Shown here in pieces: positions 9,921-20,027 of a stretch of DNA of 64,000 nt (its first letter is position 1; the number at the start of each line of letters is the position of its first letter). Origin of the DNA: an uncultured Alphaproteobacteria bacterium (GTDB lineage Bacteria; Pseudomonadota; Alphaproteobacteria; Rhizobiales; Kaistiaceae). Location of the stretch: NCBI GenBank assembly GCA_963792845.1, contig CAWBXW010000004.1, positions 5,313 through 69,312 on the forward strand, written 5' to 3'. The translations under genes and the position numbers were made by a program. A model generated the notes under the pieces. It was given only the letters and a program-made list of their open reading frames with translations, did no database searches and was not told the DNA's origin.

Positions 9921-10460
9921 ATGCCAAATCCCGCCGCGACCGCTCCCCATTCGCCTGCGATCGTCCTGATGGGCGTCTCGGGCAGCGGCAAGACCGTGGT
10001 CGGCGAAGCCCTTGCCGCGCGCCTCGGCCTGCCGCTGCTGGAGGGCGACCGGTTCCACCCGGAGGCCAATGTCGCCAAGATGTCGTCGGGCACTCCGCTC
10101 ACCGACGATGACCGCTGGCCCTGGCTCGATGCGATCGGCGACGCGATCCGCACAGCACCGGGCGGCGTCATCGTCGCCTGTTCGTCGCTCCGCCGGGTCT
10201 ACCGCGACCGCTTGCGCGAACGCGCCGGACGGCCGATCGTCTTCATCTTCCTGGACGGGAGCAAAGAAACGATTGCGGCGCGCCTCGATGCGCGGAAGGG
10301 CCATTTCATGCCGCCGAGTCTGCTTCAAAGCCAGTTCGCCACGCTCGAGCGGCCGCCCCCCGACGAGGGCGTCATCCGCATCCCGATCGAGCCGCCGGTC
10401 GATATCGTGGTGAATTCGGCCCTCGCCGCGATTGGCGGTGCGGAGACCCCCGCTTCATGA
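9921..10460 (+). CDS. gntK: Gluconokinase (GntK/IdnK type)
   Basis: MGVSGSGKT, EGD.FHP..N..KM..G.PL.D.DR.PWL, CSSL...YR, HFM...LL.SQF.TLE. Confidence 0.9.
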   Translation: MPNPAATAPHSPAIVLMGVSGSGKTVVGEALAARLGLPLLEGDRFHPEANVAKMSSGTPLTDDDRWPWLDAIGDAIRTAPGGVIVACSSLRRVYRDRLRERAGRPIVFIFLDGSKETIAARLDARKGHFMPPSLLQSQFATLERPPPDEGVIRIPIEPPVDIVVNSALAAIGGAETPAS

Positions 10461-11398
10461 AGCGGAAGATCATCATCGACACCGATCCCGGGCAGGACGA
10501 TGCGGTTGCGATCCTGACGGCGCTGGCTTCTCCCGAGGATTTCGACGTCCTCGGCATCGTCGTGGTCGCCGGCAATGCCGGGCTCGAACACACGGCGAAG
10601 AACGCGCTGAAGATCGTCGAACTCGCCGGGCGCACCGATGTGCCGGTTCACGCCGGCTCGGAGCGACCGATGCGGCGCACGCTCCGGACCGCGCCCCATG
10701 TCCATGGCGAGACCGGACTCGACGGACCGGATCTGCCCGAACCGAAGACGCCGCTCGCATCCCGGGACGGCGTCGGCTTCCTGATCGAGACGCTCAGGGC
10801 CGAGGCGCCGGGCACGGTGACGCTCTGCACGCTCGGCCCGCTCACCAACATCGCCGCGGCCTTCACCAAGGCGCCCGACATCGTCGCCAATGTCCGCGAG
10901 ATCGTGATGATGGGCGGCGCTTATTTCGAAGTCGGCAACATCACGCCGACGGCGGAGTTCAATATCTACGTCGATCCGCATGCCGCCGACATCGTGTTCC
11001 AGAGCGGCGTCCCCATCACCATGATGCCGCTCGACGTCACCCACGGCGTCCTCACCACGCCGGACCGGATGGCGCGGATTCGCGGTCTCGGCAATCGCGC
11101 CGGCGAGGCAGTGGGGGCCATGCTCCGCTTCTCGGAAAGGTTCGACCTCGAAAAGTACGGGGCCCCCGGCGCGCCGCTTCACGATCCGACGGTGATCGCC
11201 TGGCTGCTCGATGCTTCGATGTTCGAGGGCCGGACCATCAACGTGACCGTCGAGACCGAGAGCGAGCTCACCATGGGGATGACGGTCGCCGACTATTGGC
11301 GGATCACGAACCGGCCGAAGAACGTCCACTTCGTTCGCTCGGTCGACGCCGACCGCTTCTATAACCTCCTCACCGAACGGCTCGCCCGGCTGCCGTAG
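10457..11398 (+). CDS. Inosine-uridine preferring nucleoside hydrolase
   Basis: IIIDTDPGQDD, HG..GL.G, LGPLTN, AEFN..VDP.AA, LHDP; ATGA overlap with gluconokinase. Confidence 0.93.
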   Translation: MKRKIIIDTDPGQDDAVAILTALASPEDFDVLGIVVVAGNAGLEHTAKNALKIVELAGRTDVPVHAGSERPMRRTLRTAPHVHGETGLDGPDLPEPKTPLASRDGVGFLIETLRAEAPGTVTLCTLGPLTNIAAAFTKAPDIVANVREIVMMGGAYFEVGNITPTAEFNIYVDPHAADIVFQSGVPITMMPLDVTHGVLTTPDRMARIRGLGNRAGEAVGAMLRFSERFDLEKYGAPGAPLHDPTVIAWLLDASMFEGRTINVTVETESELTMGMTVADYWRITNRPKNVHFVRSVDADRFYNLLTERLARLP

Positions 11399-11575
11399 CC
11401 GGCGGCCGGTCGGCGCGGCGAGACCGGGGCAATCCCATATCGGGATTTACGGCCGGCGACGGGGCGAAGCGGGACGACGGGTGTCGTTTGCGATGACAGG
11501 ACGGACGACATCGAGGTCACAGATCCTCCTTCCCGCGCCCGTGTCCCCGGGCCGGGTTGATGTTTGGTGGGTCCC

Positions 11576-11609
11576 GATGGGTTTCGGCTTCGCCTCTACC
11601 CATCCTGCG
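11576..11609. repeat. REP-like palindrome (GTAG-family type)
   Basis: GATGGGT-TTCGGCTTCGCCTCT-ACCCATC-CTGCG hairpin; the minus strand resembles the widespread GTAGGATGGGTAGAGC..GCGAAACCCATC REP. Confidence 0.65.
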
Positions 11610-11615
11610 GTCGAT

Positions 11616-12061
11616 CCCTCGTGAGACGAGGGGGTGGCGGGCGCTCGTCTCGGCACCGCTCACATTATGTTTTCAGGCGCCGCACAAGCGCCCGCCGCGG
11701 CGATTTTTGACCCCGACACCCGCGCTCCGGACGGGGGCGGCCGAACGGGTGTTTCTCCCGTCCCCGGCCTCGTCAGCCTTCGGGCTGTCGCCCTTCGGCC
11801 TGACGCCCCGCCCTTAAGGCCATCACGTGGCAACCGCTCATAGTGGCGGTGGGCGGACTTGTCGGGGCCTCCCGAGCCGTTCGGACCGTCGTCCTCTCCG
11901 GTGAGATGCGGCCCCCGATGGGCACACACATCCCCCGTCGCCGCCCTTTCCGAGGCTCGGGCTTTCGCCTTTGGCTCCGGTTGAGGCGAACGCGTCGCGG
12001 GCGCCGCTCCCCGCCCCATCTCAAGACCGTCTCCGGAGACGACCCCTCATCGGGCAGGGAC
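11616..12061 (-). ncRNA. Putative long structured non-coding RNA/repeat element (~445 nt)
   Basis: Intergenic, with no convincing ORF and many nested helices (see findings). A TATGAT -10-like box lies at 12073-12068 just upstream on the minus strand. Confidence 0.55.
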
Positions 12062-12229
12062 AAGGGGATCATAACCCCGGATTCGGCAACGGGGATAAAG
12101 TCGGTGACAATGGCGAAGGTCCGCCGCGGCGGCGGGGATAAGAGCAGCAGCGCCGGGAGTGTGTGTCTGACCCAGTCCGGCATTTGCGCAATGCAATCCC
12201 CTCTGCCCAAGCAATGCCCGGACCGACGG

Positions 12230-12291
12230 TTGACTTCCGAGGCCCTCGCCGTATAGTTCAACATAAGGACAAGCTAGTTCATATTTGAACT
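12230..12291 (+). promoter_or_regulatory. Sigma70-like promoter with downstream palindromic operator (possibly ROK-type)
   Basis: TTGACT(12230)-N16-TATAGT(12252); AGTTCA-TATT-TGAACT palindrome at 12276-12291 and a related TAGTTCA site at 12254. Confidence 0.55.
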
Positions 12292-12354
12292 GCAAGAACG
12301 GCCGGCAACAAGCCGCAAAGGCGGGCCGGCAGCCGCTCCTGGGGAGGATGGCGC

Positions 12355-13251
12355 ATGAACATCCGTTGGAGCCGCCTCGCTCCACAGATGGCGCTGACGC
12401 CGGCGCTTGCGGTTACATTGATCGCCTTTTTCGGCGCCATCTGCTGGACGATCTTCATGTCGTTCACCGGCAGCCGGCGCTTCCCCGAATATCATCTCGA
12501 TCCGGCCGGCTGGGCGCGCCAGTACAACCGCCTCTTCGCCGACGCCACCTGGACCACGTCGCTCCGCAATCTCGTCGTCCTCGCGATCGGCAGCACGCTT
12601 GCCATCGTCTTCGGTTTCATCCTCGCCGCCATGGTCGAGCGCGAGAAGCGCGGCGAGGGATTCTTCCGCACCATCTTCCTCTATCCGCTGGCGATCTCGC
12701 TGATCGTCACCGGCCTCGTCTGGCGCTGGATGTTCAATCCTTCGCTCGGCATCGAGGCCTTTCTCCGCGGCCTCGGCTTCGAGGGCGCCGCGTTCAACTG
12801 GCTCGCTAAGCCCGACACCGCCATGTACGGCATCATCCTCGCCTCGATCTGGCACGGGCTCGGCTTCTACATGGCGCTGATGCTGGCCGGGCTGAAGTCG
12901 ATCAACACCGAGATCTGGAGCGCGGCGCGGCTCGACGGCGTCTCCTTCTGGCGGCTCTACATCGAGATCATCATCCCGATGATGAAGTTCACCTTCCTCA
13001 CCTGCGCCATCCTCCTCTCGCTCGGCGTGGTCAAGGCCTTCGACATCATCGTCGCGATGACCAATGGCGGGCCGGGCACCTCGACCTGGACACCGGCCTA
13101 TTTCGCGATCAACGCCTATTCGATCCGAAGCAATATCGGCTTCGCCTCGGCCGCGGCGTCGATCATGCTCCTGATCACGCTCGCGATCTTCCTGCCGATG
13201 GTGTCGGTCACCGCCTGGCAACTCCGCCGCCGGCAGGCGAGAACGCAATGA
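12355..13251 (+). CDS. Carbohydrate ABC transporter permease (CUT1)
   Basis: TM segments, EAA-like loop EIWSAARLDG. Confidence 0.92.
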   Translation: MNIRWSRLAPQMALTPALAVTLIAFFGAICWTIFMSFTGSRRFPEYHLDPAGWARQYNRLFADATWTTSLRNLVVLAIGSTLAIVFGFILAAMVEREKRGEGFFRTIFLYPLAISLIVTGLVWRWMFNPSLGIEAFLRGLGFEGAAFNWLAKPDTAMYGIILASIWHGLGFYMALMLAGLKSINTEIWSAARLDGVSFWRLYIEIIIPMMKFTFLTCAILLSLGVVKAFDIIVAMTNGGPGTSTWTPAYFAINAYSIRSNIGFASAAASIMLLITLAIFLPMVSVTAWQLRRRQARTQ

Positions 13252-14153
13252 CGACCATCGCCGACGCCGCCCGCGCGCCGCGCGTCGAAGTCCGCCGCAA
13301 ACGGCGGATCAGGGGTTCGTCGATCGCCATCCTCGTCTTCCTGACGATGTGCGCGGCCTTTGTCGCGATCCCGCTCTACGTGGTGATCGTCACCTCGTTC
13401 AAGCCGATCGGGGAGATCACGCTCGGACACATCTTCGACCTTCCCGTCCACTGGACGCTCGAGCCGTGGGACAAGGCGTGGAACAACCTCTGCACCGGCA
13501 TTGCCTGCGACGGCATCAAGTCGGGCTTCTTCAACTCGCTGAAGATCCTGTTCCCGAGCCTCGTGCTGTCGATCGGGCTTTCCTCGGTCACCGGCTACGC
13601 GCTGGCGCTGTGGAACGTGCGCTGGGCGAACGCCTTCCTGTTCGTGCTCTTCATCTGCGCCTTCGTGCCGTTCCAGATCATCATGATCCCGCTGATCGTG
13701 CTGATCGCCAATATCGGCATCTTCGGCACGGTCTGGGCGATTGCGGTGGTGCATGCGATCCTCGCCATGCCGCTCCTCACCCTCATCTTCCGCAACTTCT
13801 ACAAGGACGTGCCGCGCGAGCTGATCAACGCCGCGATCATGGACTCCGGCAGCTTCTGGCGGATCTTCTCCGAGATCATCCTGCCGATGTCGGGGAACAT
13901 CATGGTGGTGGTCCTGATCCTGATGATCACCACCGTATGGAACGACTACCTGATCGGCCTCATCTTCGGCGGCATCGGCACGAAGCCGATGACGGTGATC
14001 CTCGCCAACTCGGTGGTCACCTCGCGCGGCGAGGTCATCTACAACGTCAACATGGCGGCGGCGCTGCTCACCGCGGTCCCGCCGCTCGTCGTCTATTTCG
14101 CCCTCGGCCGCTTCTTCGTCCAGGGCATCACCGCCGGCGCGATCAAGGGCTAG
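13248..14153 (+). CDS. Carbohydrate ABC transporter permease (CUT1)
   Basis: ELINAAIMDS loop, WNDYL, FFVQGITAGAIKG C-terminus. Confidence 0.92.
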   Translation: MTTIADAARAPRVEVRRKRRIRGSSIAILVFLTMCAAFVAIPLYVVIVTSFKPIGEITLGHIFDLPVHWTLEPWDKAWNNLCTGIACDGIKSGFFNSLKILFPSLVLSIGLSSVTGYALALWNVRWANAFLFVLFICAFVPFQIIMIPLIVLIANIGIFGTVWAIAVVHAILAMPLLTLIFRNFYKDVPRELINAAIMDSGSFWRIFSEIILPMSGNIMVVVLILMITTVWNDYLIGLIFGGIGTKPMTVILANSVVTSRGEVIYNVNMAAALLTAVPPLVVYFALGRFFVQGITAGAIKG

Positions 14154-14270
14154 CCGATGCCGCGCGCCCCTCGCCGACACCTACCCGTTATCCCGAACCA
14201 TCATGGTCTTCGACGCCCGAGGCGGGCGGCCGATGTGAAGCAGGCAAAGACAAACCACAGGGAGAGAAAG

Positions 14271-15521
14271 ATGCTACGCAACAAACTTGCTGGAATCGGA
14301 CTGGCGCTCGCCTTCGGCACCCTGCCGCTGGCCGCCCATGCCACAGAGCTCACGCTCTGGCACTCGTGGTCGAACGAGAGCGAGATGGCGGCGCTCAACA
14401 CCATCATCGACGCCTTCGTCGCCGAGGGCAACACGATCAAGGCCGCGTCGGTCCCGCACGAGACCGCCGGCGAGAGCCCGCTGGTCAGCCTGTTCATCGC
14501 CGGCACCCCGCCCAACCTCTTCATCGCCGCCGATTCGAGCTTCTTCCGCGACCTCGAAGCCAAGGGCCAGGCGCAGGACGTGAGGGATCTGTTCGACAAG
14601 ATCGGGGCGACGCCGAACTTCCCGAAGACGGTGCTCGACGCCATCACCATCGACGGCAAGATCCTGAAGATACCCACTGCCGTGCATATCGACGGCATGG
14701 TCTATTACAACAAGAAGGTCGCCGAGGCGGCCGGCGTCGATCCCACCAAGTGGCAATCGCTCGACGACATGTGGGCCGACGAGAAGAAGGTCGAGGATGC
14801 CGGCTACACCTTCATCGCCATCGGCGGCAACACCTTCCAGGCCGGCTACACCTTCCACCCGCTGCTCGCGGCAATCGCCGGCCCCGACGTCTTCAACCGC
14901 TTCTATTCGGGCACTCCGGACAAGACCGTGTTCGACGATCCCGGCGTGCGGAAGGCCATCGAAACCTTCCGGAAGATTGCCGCCCAGACCGATCCGGGCT
15001 GGGTCAACCGCGCCTGGAACGACACCACCAACACCGTCATCGCCGGCACCGCGCTGATGCAGATCCACGGCGACTGGATGAAGGGCCAGTGGCGCGCCAA
15101 CGGCAAAGAGGTCGGCACCGACTTCGGCTGCATCAACATCCCCGGCACCAAGGCGCTTTCGGTGACGGTCAACTCCTTCGGCATTCTCGGCGGCGTCGAC
15201 GACGCCACGCTGAAGGCCGAGGAGGACTTCGCCACCCTCGTCGTCGATCCGAAGATCAATGCCGAGTTCGCCTTCCACAAGGGATCGAGCCCGGTCCGTG
15301 TCGACGTGCCGACCGACAAGCTCGACGCCTGCAACATGCTGGTCCTCAACTCCCTCAAGAAGCCGGGCTTCAGCGTCGAGAACCCCTTCTATATCGGCGA
15401 TCCCGACTGGATCAATTCGGTGTGGAATACGATGTATACCTTCCAGGGCGATCCGAACATGACCACCGACGACGCCATCAAGATGCTGAAGAGCGAGTAC
15501 GACGCGGTCTTCGGCGGCTGA
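14271..15521 (+). CDS. Carbohydrate ABC transporter substrate-binding protein (glucose/mannose-binding-like)
   Basis: Signal peptide (AHA), WHSW...E, MQIHGDWMKG, KGS.P.R; RBS GGAG before ATG 14271. Confidence 0.9.
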   Translation: MLRNKLAGIGLALAFGTLPLAAHATELTLWHSWSNESEMAALNTIIDAFVAEGNTIKAASVPHETAGESPLVSLFIAGTPPNLFIAADSSFFRDLEAKGQAQDVRDLFDKIGATPNFPKTVLDAITIDGKILKIPTAVHIDGMVYYNKKVAEAAGVDPTKWQSLDDMWADEKKVEDAGYTFIAIGGNTFQAGYTFHPLLAAIAGPDVFNRFYSGTPDKTVFDDPGVRKAIETFRKIAAQTDPGWVNRAWNDTTNTVIAGTALMQIHGDWMKGQWRANGKEVGTDFGCINIPGTKALSVTVNSFGILGGVDDATLKAEEDFATLVVDPKINAEFAFHKGSSPVRVDVPTDKLDACNMLVLNSLKKPGFSVENPFYIGDPDWINSVWNTMYTFQGDPNMTTDDAIKMLKSEYDAVFGG

Positions 15522-15636
15522 CGGCAGGCGCGATCAAGACGCTCTTCCGGGCCGCGCCGCGCGCAGTCCGGAAGGGCATCCGGCGACCTTGCCTGAGGCG
15601 GACGTCGCCGGACCAGCTTCGGGAATTGTGGGTGAG

Positions 15637-16743
15637 ATGTCGACCGTCGAGTTCAACCAGATCGTCAAGCGCTACGGCGCGCTGACCGTGCTCGAACGTC
15701 TCGACCTGCGGGTCGAGGACGGCGAGTTTCTGGTGCTCCTCGGACCATCCGGTTGCGGCAAGACAACGCTTCTCAACATCCTCGCCGGCCTCCTCGAGAT
15801 CAATGAAGGCGAGATCTATATCGACGGACGCGAGGTCTCCGATCTCGATCCCAGGGACCGCGGCCTCGCCATGGTCTTCCAGTCCTATGCGCTTTATCCG
15901 ACCAAGACGGTCAGGGGCAACCTCAAGTTCGGCCTGAGCGCGCGCCGCCTGTCGAGCGCCGAGATCGAAAGGCGGATCGCTTGGGCGGCGAAGCTCCTCC
16001 AGATCGACCACCTCCTCGACCGCAAGCCGGCGCAGCTTTCCGGCGGCCAGCGCCAGCGGGTGGCGATCGGCCGGGCGCTGGTCAAGGAGGTCGGTCTGTT
16101 CCTGTTCGACGAGCCGCTGTCCAATCTCGACGCCAAGCTCCGCACCGAGATGCGGCTCGAGATCAAGAAGCTCCACAATCAGCTTCACAACACCATCGTC
16201 TATGTCACCCACGACCAGGTCGAGGCGATGACGATGGCGACCAAGATCGCCGTGATGAACAAGGGCGTGATCCAGCAGATCGGCACGCCGGACGAGATCT
16301 ACGACCTGCCGGAAAATGTCTTCGTCGCCGACTTCGTCGGCTCGCCGGCGATGAACCTGCTCGACTGCGCGATCCACCGCGCTAACGGTTCCTTGGCGGC
16401 GGTCGAGGGGCGATCGAAGACGAGCTTCGATCTTTCCGACTACCGCTGGCGCCAGCAGCCCGAGGAGGGGCAGAAGGTCAAGGTCGGGTTCAGGCCGGAA
16501 CATTTTGCCCAGCCGGGAGAAGCCGGGCCGGCGGAGCGCACCATGCGCTTCGACCTGCCGGTCCAGTTCCTCGAGAAGACCGGCGGCGACGCGGTCGCCT
16601 TTCTCGATCTTGCCGGCGAGACGATCGTGGCGCGGATCGACCCCCATTCCGCCGCCCGCTATCGCAGCAGCCCGGCAGCGTCGGTCGTCCTGCCGCTCGG
16701 CAAGGTCAACGTTTTCGACGCCGGCTCGGGCCGCCGCCTGTGA
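15637..16743 (+). CDS. ABC transporter ATP-binding protein (MalK/UgpC-like)
   Basis: GPSGCGKT, LSGGQRQRVAIGRA, FDEPLSNLDAKLR, YVTHDQ. Confidence 0.95.
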   Translation: MSTVEFNQIVKRYGALTVLERLDLRVEDGEFLVLLGPSGCGKTTLLNILAGLLEINEGEIYIDGREVSDLDPRDRGLAMVFQSYALYPTKTVRGNLKFGLSARRLSSAEIERRIAWAAKLLQIDHLLDRKPAQLSGGQRQRVAIGRALVKEVGLFLFDEPLSNLDAKLRTEMRLEIKKLHNQLHNTIVYVTHDQVEAMTMATKIAVMNKGVIQQIGTPDEIYDLPENVFVADFVGSPAMNLLDCAIHRANGSLAAVEGRSKTSFDLSDYRWRQQPEEGQKVKVGFRPEHFAQPGEAGPAERTMRFDLPVQFLEKTGGDAVAFLDLAGETIVARIDPHSAARYRSSPAASVVLPLGKVNVFDAGSGRRL

Positions 16744-16789
16744 CGCAGGTGGACGCGGCGATCTCGATGACGGATGGGAGACCAGCGCC

Positions 16790-17251
16790 ATGAAAGTCTT
16801 CGACGGCCTCGGCCATATCGCTCTCAAGGTCAGGGACCTCGATGCCTCGCTCGCCTTTTACGAGAAGCTCGGCTTTCCCGAAATTCTCCGGCTCCTCAAC
16901 GCCAAAGGCGAGCCGTGGATCGTCTATCTCCGCATCACCAACTCGACGCTCCTCGAGCTCTTCCCGCACGGCGTCGGCGATGTCCCCGAGCCGGCCAGAA
17001 CCGGCGTCAATCATCTGAGCCTGGCGGTGAGCGACCTCGATGCCACCGAAGCGCATCTCACGTCGGTCGGGGTGCCGCTGTCAGAGCCGCGGAAGCCGGG
17101 CCGCGGCGTCGACGGCAATCGCGGCATGTGGGTCGCCGATCCCGACGGCAACCGCATCGAGATCATGGAAATGGCGCCCGACTGCATCCAGGCCGTGGCG
17201 CTGGCCCGGATCCGCCAAGGCAAGGCTCCGGAGGCGCTCAGCCTCTACTGA
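16790..17251 (+). CDS. VOC/glyoxalase family protein
   Basis: GHIAL.V.D...S..FY..LGF, LELF, NHLSL.V.D, DPDGNRIE. Confidence 0.9.
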   Translation: MKVFDGLGHIALKVRDLDASLAFYEKLGFPEILRLLNAKGEPWIVYLRITNSTLLELFPHGVGDVPEPARTGVNHLSLAVSDLDATEAHLTSVGVPLSEPRKPGRGVDGNRGMWVADPDGNRIEIMEMAPDCIQAVALARIRQGKAPEALSLY

Positions 17252-17371
17252 TCCCACGGCCGGGCGAGGTTGAACCCCCGGCGATGTGCAAGGGTCGGCT
17301 GTCCTGAGGTTGTCGCGCCACGGGGCGCGAGCACCGGACCGGCGGCGTCACCCACGGCAAACCGGCCCGCT

Positions 17372-17385
17372 TTGATCTGCATCAA
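17372..17385 (+). promoter_or_regulatory. FNR/FixK anaerobox
   Basis: Perfect TTGAT-CTGC-ATCAA about 85 bp upstream of ccoN. Confidence 0.9.
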
Positions 17386-17467
17386 GGTCCCCCGGCGACG
17401 GAGGCGACAGGCTGCCGACGGCTCGCTTGAAACGGCGGGTCCTGCCGATTGCTCCGTCACGGGGACC

Positions 17468-19097
17468 TTGCAAAGTGCCGCTCGTCATCACCTTCGGCGT
17501 GGTCGCCTTCCTGGCGCTCATCGCAAGCGCCTTCGCGCACGACGCGCTGTTCGCTTTCCACATGGCGCCTGGTCGCGCGTCGTCGCCTGCGGCGCGGCGA
17601 TCTGGCGGATGCGGACGATCGACTATTCGCAGACCGCCGCGATCCCGCTGCATGATCAGCGCACCGGCTACATGGACGGGGTGGTCCGGGCCGGGCTGAT
17701 CGCCACCGTCTTCTGGGGGATCGCCGGCTTCCTGGTCGGGCGTCTATATCGCCCTCGAGCTCGCCTACCCGGCGCTCAATCTCGACCTGCCGTGGACGAC
17801 CTTCGGGCGGCTCCGGCCGCTCCACACCTCGGCGGTGATCTTCGCCTTCGGCGGCAATGCGCTGATCATGACGTCGTTCTACGTCGTCCAGCGCACCACC
17901 GGCGCGCGCCTGTGGGGCGGCAATCTCGCCTGGTTCGTGTTCTGGGGCTACCAGCTCTTCATCGTGCTCGCCGCCACCGGCTACCTCGCCGGCATCACCC
18001 AGTCGCGCGAATACGCCGAGCCGGAATGGTACGTCGACCTCTGGCTGACCATCGTCTGGGTCGCCTATCTCGCGGTCTTCCTCGGCACGCTGCTCAAGCG
18101 CAAGGAACCGCACATCTACGTCGCCAACTGGTTCTACCTCGCCTTCATCGTGACCATCGCGATGCTGCACGTGGTCAACAACCTGGCGATTCCCGTCTCC
18201 TTCCTCGGCTCGAAGAGCTACCCGGTCTTCTCCGGCGTCCAGGATGCGCTGGTCCAGTGGTGGTACGGCCACAACGCCGTCGGCTTCTTCCTCACCGCCG
18301 GCTTCCTCGGCATGATGTACTACTTCGTGCCGAAGCAGGCGAACCGGCCGATCTATTCCTACCGGCTGTCGATCGTCCACTTCTGGTCGCTGATCTTCCT
18401 CTACATCTGGGCCGGCCCGCACCATCTCCACTACACCGCGCTGCCCGACTGGGCGCAGACCCTCGGCATGGTGTTCTCGATCATGCTGTGGATGCCGTCA
18501 TGGGGCGGCATGATCAACGGCCTGATGACGCTGTCGGGCGCCTGGGACAAGCTCCGCACCGACCCGATCATCCGCATGATGATGATCGCGGTCGCCTTCT
18601 ACGGCATGTCGACCTTCGAAGGGCCCGGTGATGTCGATCCGGGCGGTCAACTCGCTGTCGCACTACACCGACTGGACCATCGGCCACGTCCACTCCGGCG
18701 CGCTCGGCTGGGTCGGCATGATCTCCTTCGGCGCGATCTACTTCCTGGCGCCGAAGCTGTGGAACCGCGAGCCGGCTCTACAGCCTCCGCCTGGTCAACT
18801 GGCACTTCTGGCTCGCGACCATCGGCATCGTCCTCTACGCCTCGGCGATGTGGGTGTCCGGCATCATGCAGGGCCTGATGTGGCGCGAGTACGATCAGCA
18901 GGGCTTCCTGGTCTACTCCTTCGTCGAGACCGTCGAGGCGATGCATCCCTACTACCTGATCCGCGCGCTCGGCGGCCTGCTCTACCTCATCGGCGGCGCT
19001 GCTCATGGCCTTCAACGTCTGGAAGACGATCCGCGGCGACCTCCGCGAGGAGGCGCCGATGGGCGCCGCCGCCGCCCTGCCGAGCCCAGCCGAGTGA
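17468..19097 (+). CDS. ccoN: cbb3-type cytochrome c oxidase subunit I (FixN), several apparent indels
   Basis: [54 protein letters not shown] spread over shifting frames; start approximate. Confidence 0.93.
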
Positions 19098-19109
19098 GAG
19101 CCTGAACCG

Positions 19110-19855
19110 ATGGCAAGTATCCGTCACGACACGCATCGAGAGGAACGCCACGCTGCTCCTCGGCCTCAGCCTGGCCGTGGTCGCCGATCGGCGGCATCGT
19201 CGAGATCGTGCCGCTCTTCTACCACGCAGACACGCATCGAGAAGGTCGAGGGCATGCGGCCCTACACCCCGCTCGAGCTCGCCGGCCGCAACATCTATGT
19301 CCGCGAGGGCTGCTACGTCTGCCACAGCCAGATGATCCGGCCGATGCGCGACGAGGTCGAGCGCTACGGCCACTACAGCCTCGCCGCCGAGTCGATGTAC
19401 GACCATCCCTTCCAGTGGGGCTCGAAGCGCACCGGGCCGGACCTCGCCCGCGTCGGCGGCCGCTACTCCGACGAATGGCACGTCCAGCACCTGACCGACC
19501 CGCGCTCGCTGGTGCCGACCTCGATCATGCCGCCCTACGGCGCATCTGGCGACGACGCTGCTCGACGCCGACGACATCGCCGACCACCTCGCCGCCAACG
19601 CCGATGGTCGGCGTGCCCTACACCGAGGACATGATCGCCAACGCCCGCGCCGACCTGGTCGCCCAGGCCGATCCCGGACGCCGATACAGCTCGGGCCTGA
19701 TCGAGCGCTACGGCGACAAGGTGCAAGATCGGGCCTTCGACGGCGATCCGGCGCGGATCACCGAGATGGACGCGCTCGTCGCCTATCTGCAGATGCTCGG
19801 CACGCTGGTCGACTTCACGGCCTACGAGCCGCTGTCCGAAGAGAACCGGAGGTGA
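19110..19855 (+). CDS. ccoO: cbb3-type oxidase subunit II (FixO), apparent indels
   Basis: [53 protein letters not shown]. Confidence 0.93.
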
Positions 19856-19859
19856 GGCC

Positions 19860-20027
19860 ATGAGCTACGACGCGATGCGCCATTTCGCCGACAGCTGGGG
19901 GCTGGTCTTCCTCGCTCCTGGTCTTCCTGGTCGCGGTCGGCTGGGCGTTCCGGCCCGGCGCGTCCTTCCGCGACCAGGCCGAAATCCCCTTCAAGCACGA
20001 CGATGACGAGGACCGAGCCATGGCTGA
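19860..20027 (+). CDS. ccoQ: cbb3-type oxidase subunit 3 (FixQ), apparent indels
   Basis: MSYDAMRHFADSWGL...WAFRPG...AEIPF, between ccoO and ccoP. Confidence 0.85.

Noticed and set aside
11616-12061. RNase P RNA, tmRNA or group II intron identity for the structured element
   Set aside because: I found no GAGGAAAGTCC/CGGCTTA RNase P signature, no tRNA-like tmRNA ends, and no group II domain V or RT gene. This was checked by eye only.
11447-12385. Short ORFs in the 11.4-12.35 kb gap as proteins
   Set aside because: Low-complexity translations with no RBS or motif support; the region is better explained by a REP, a structured element and a promoter.
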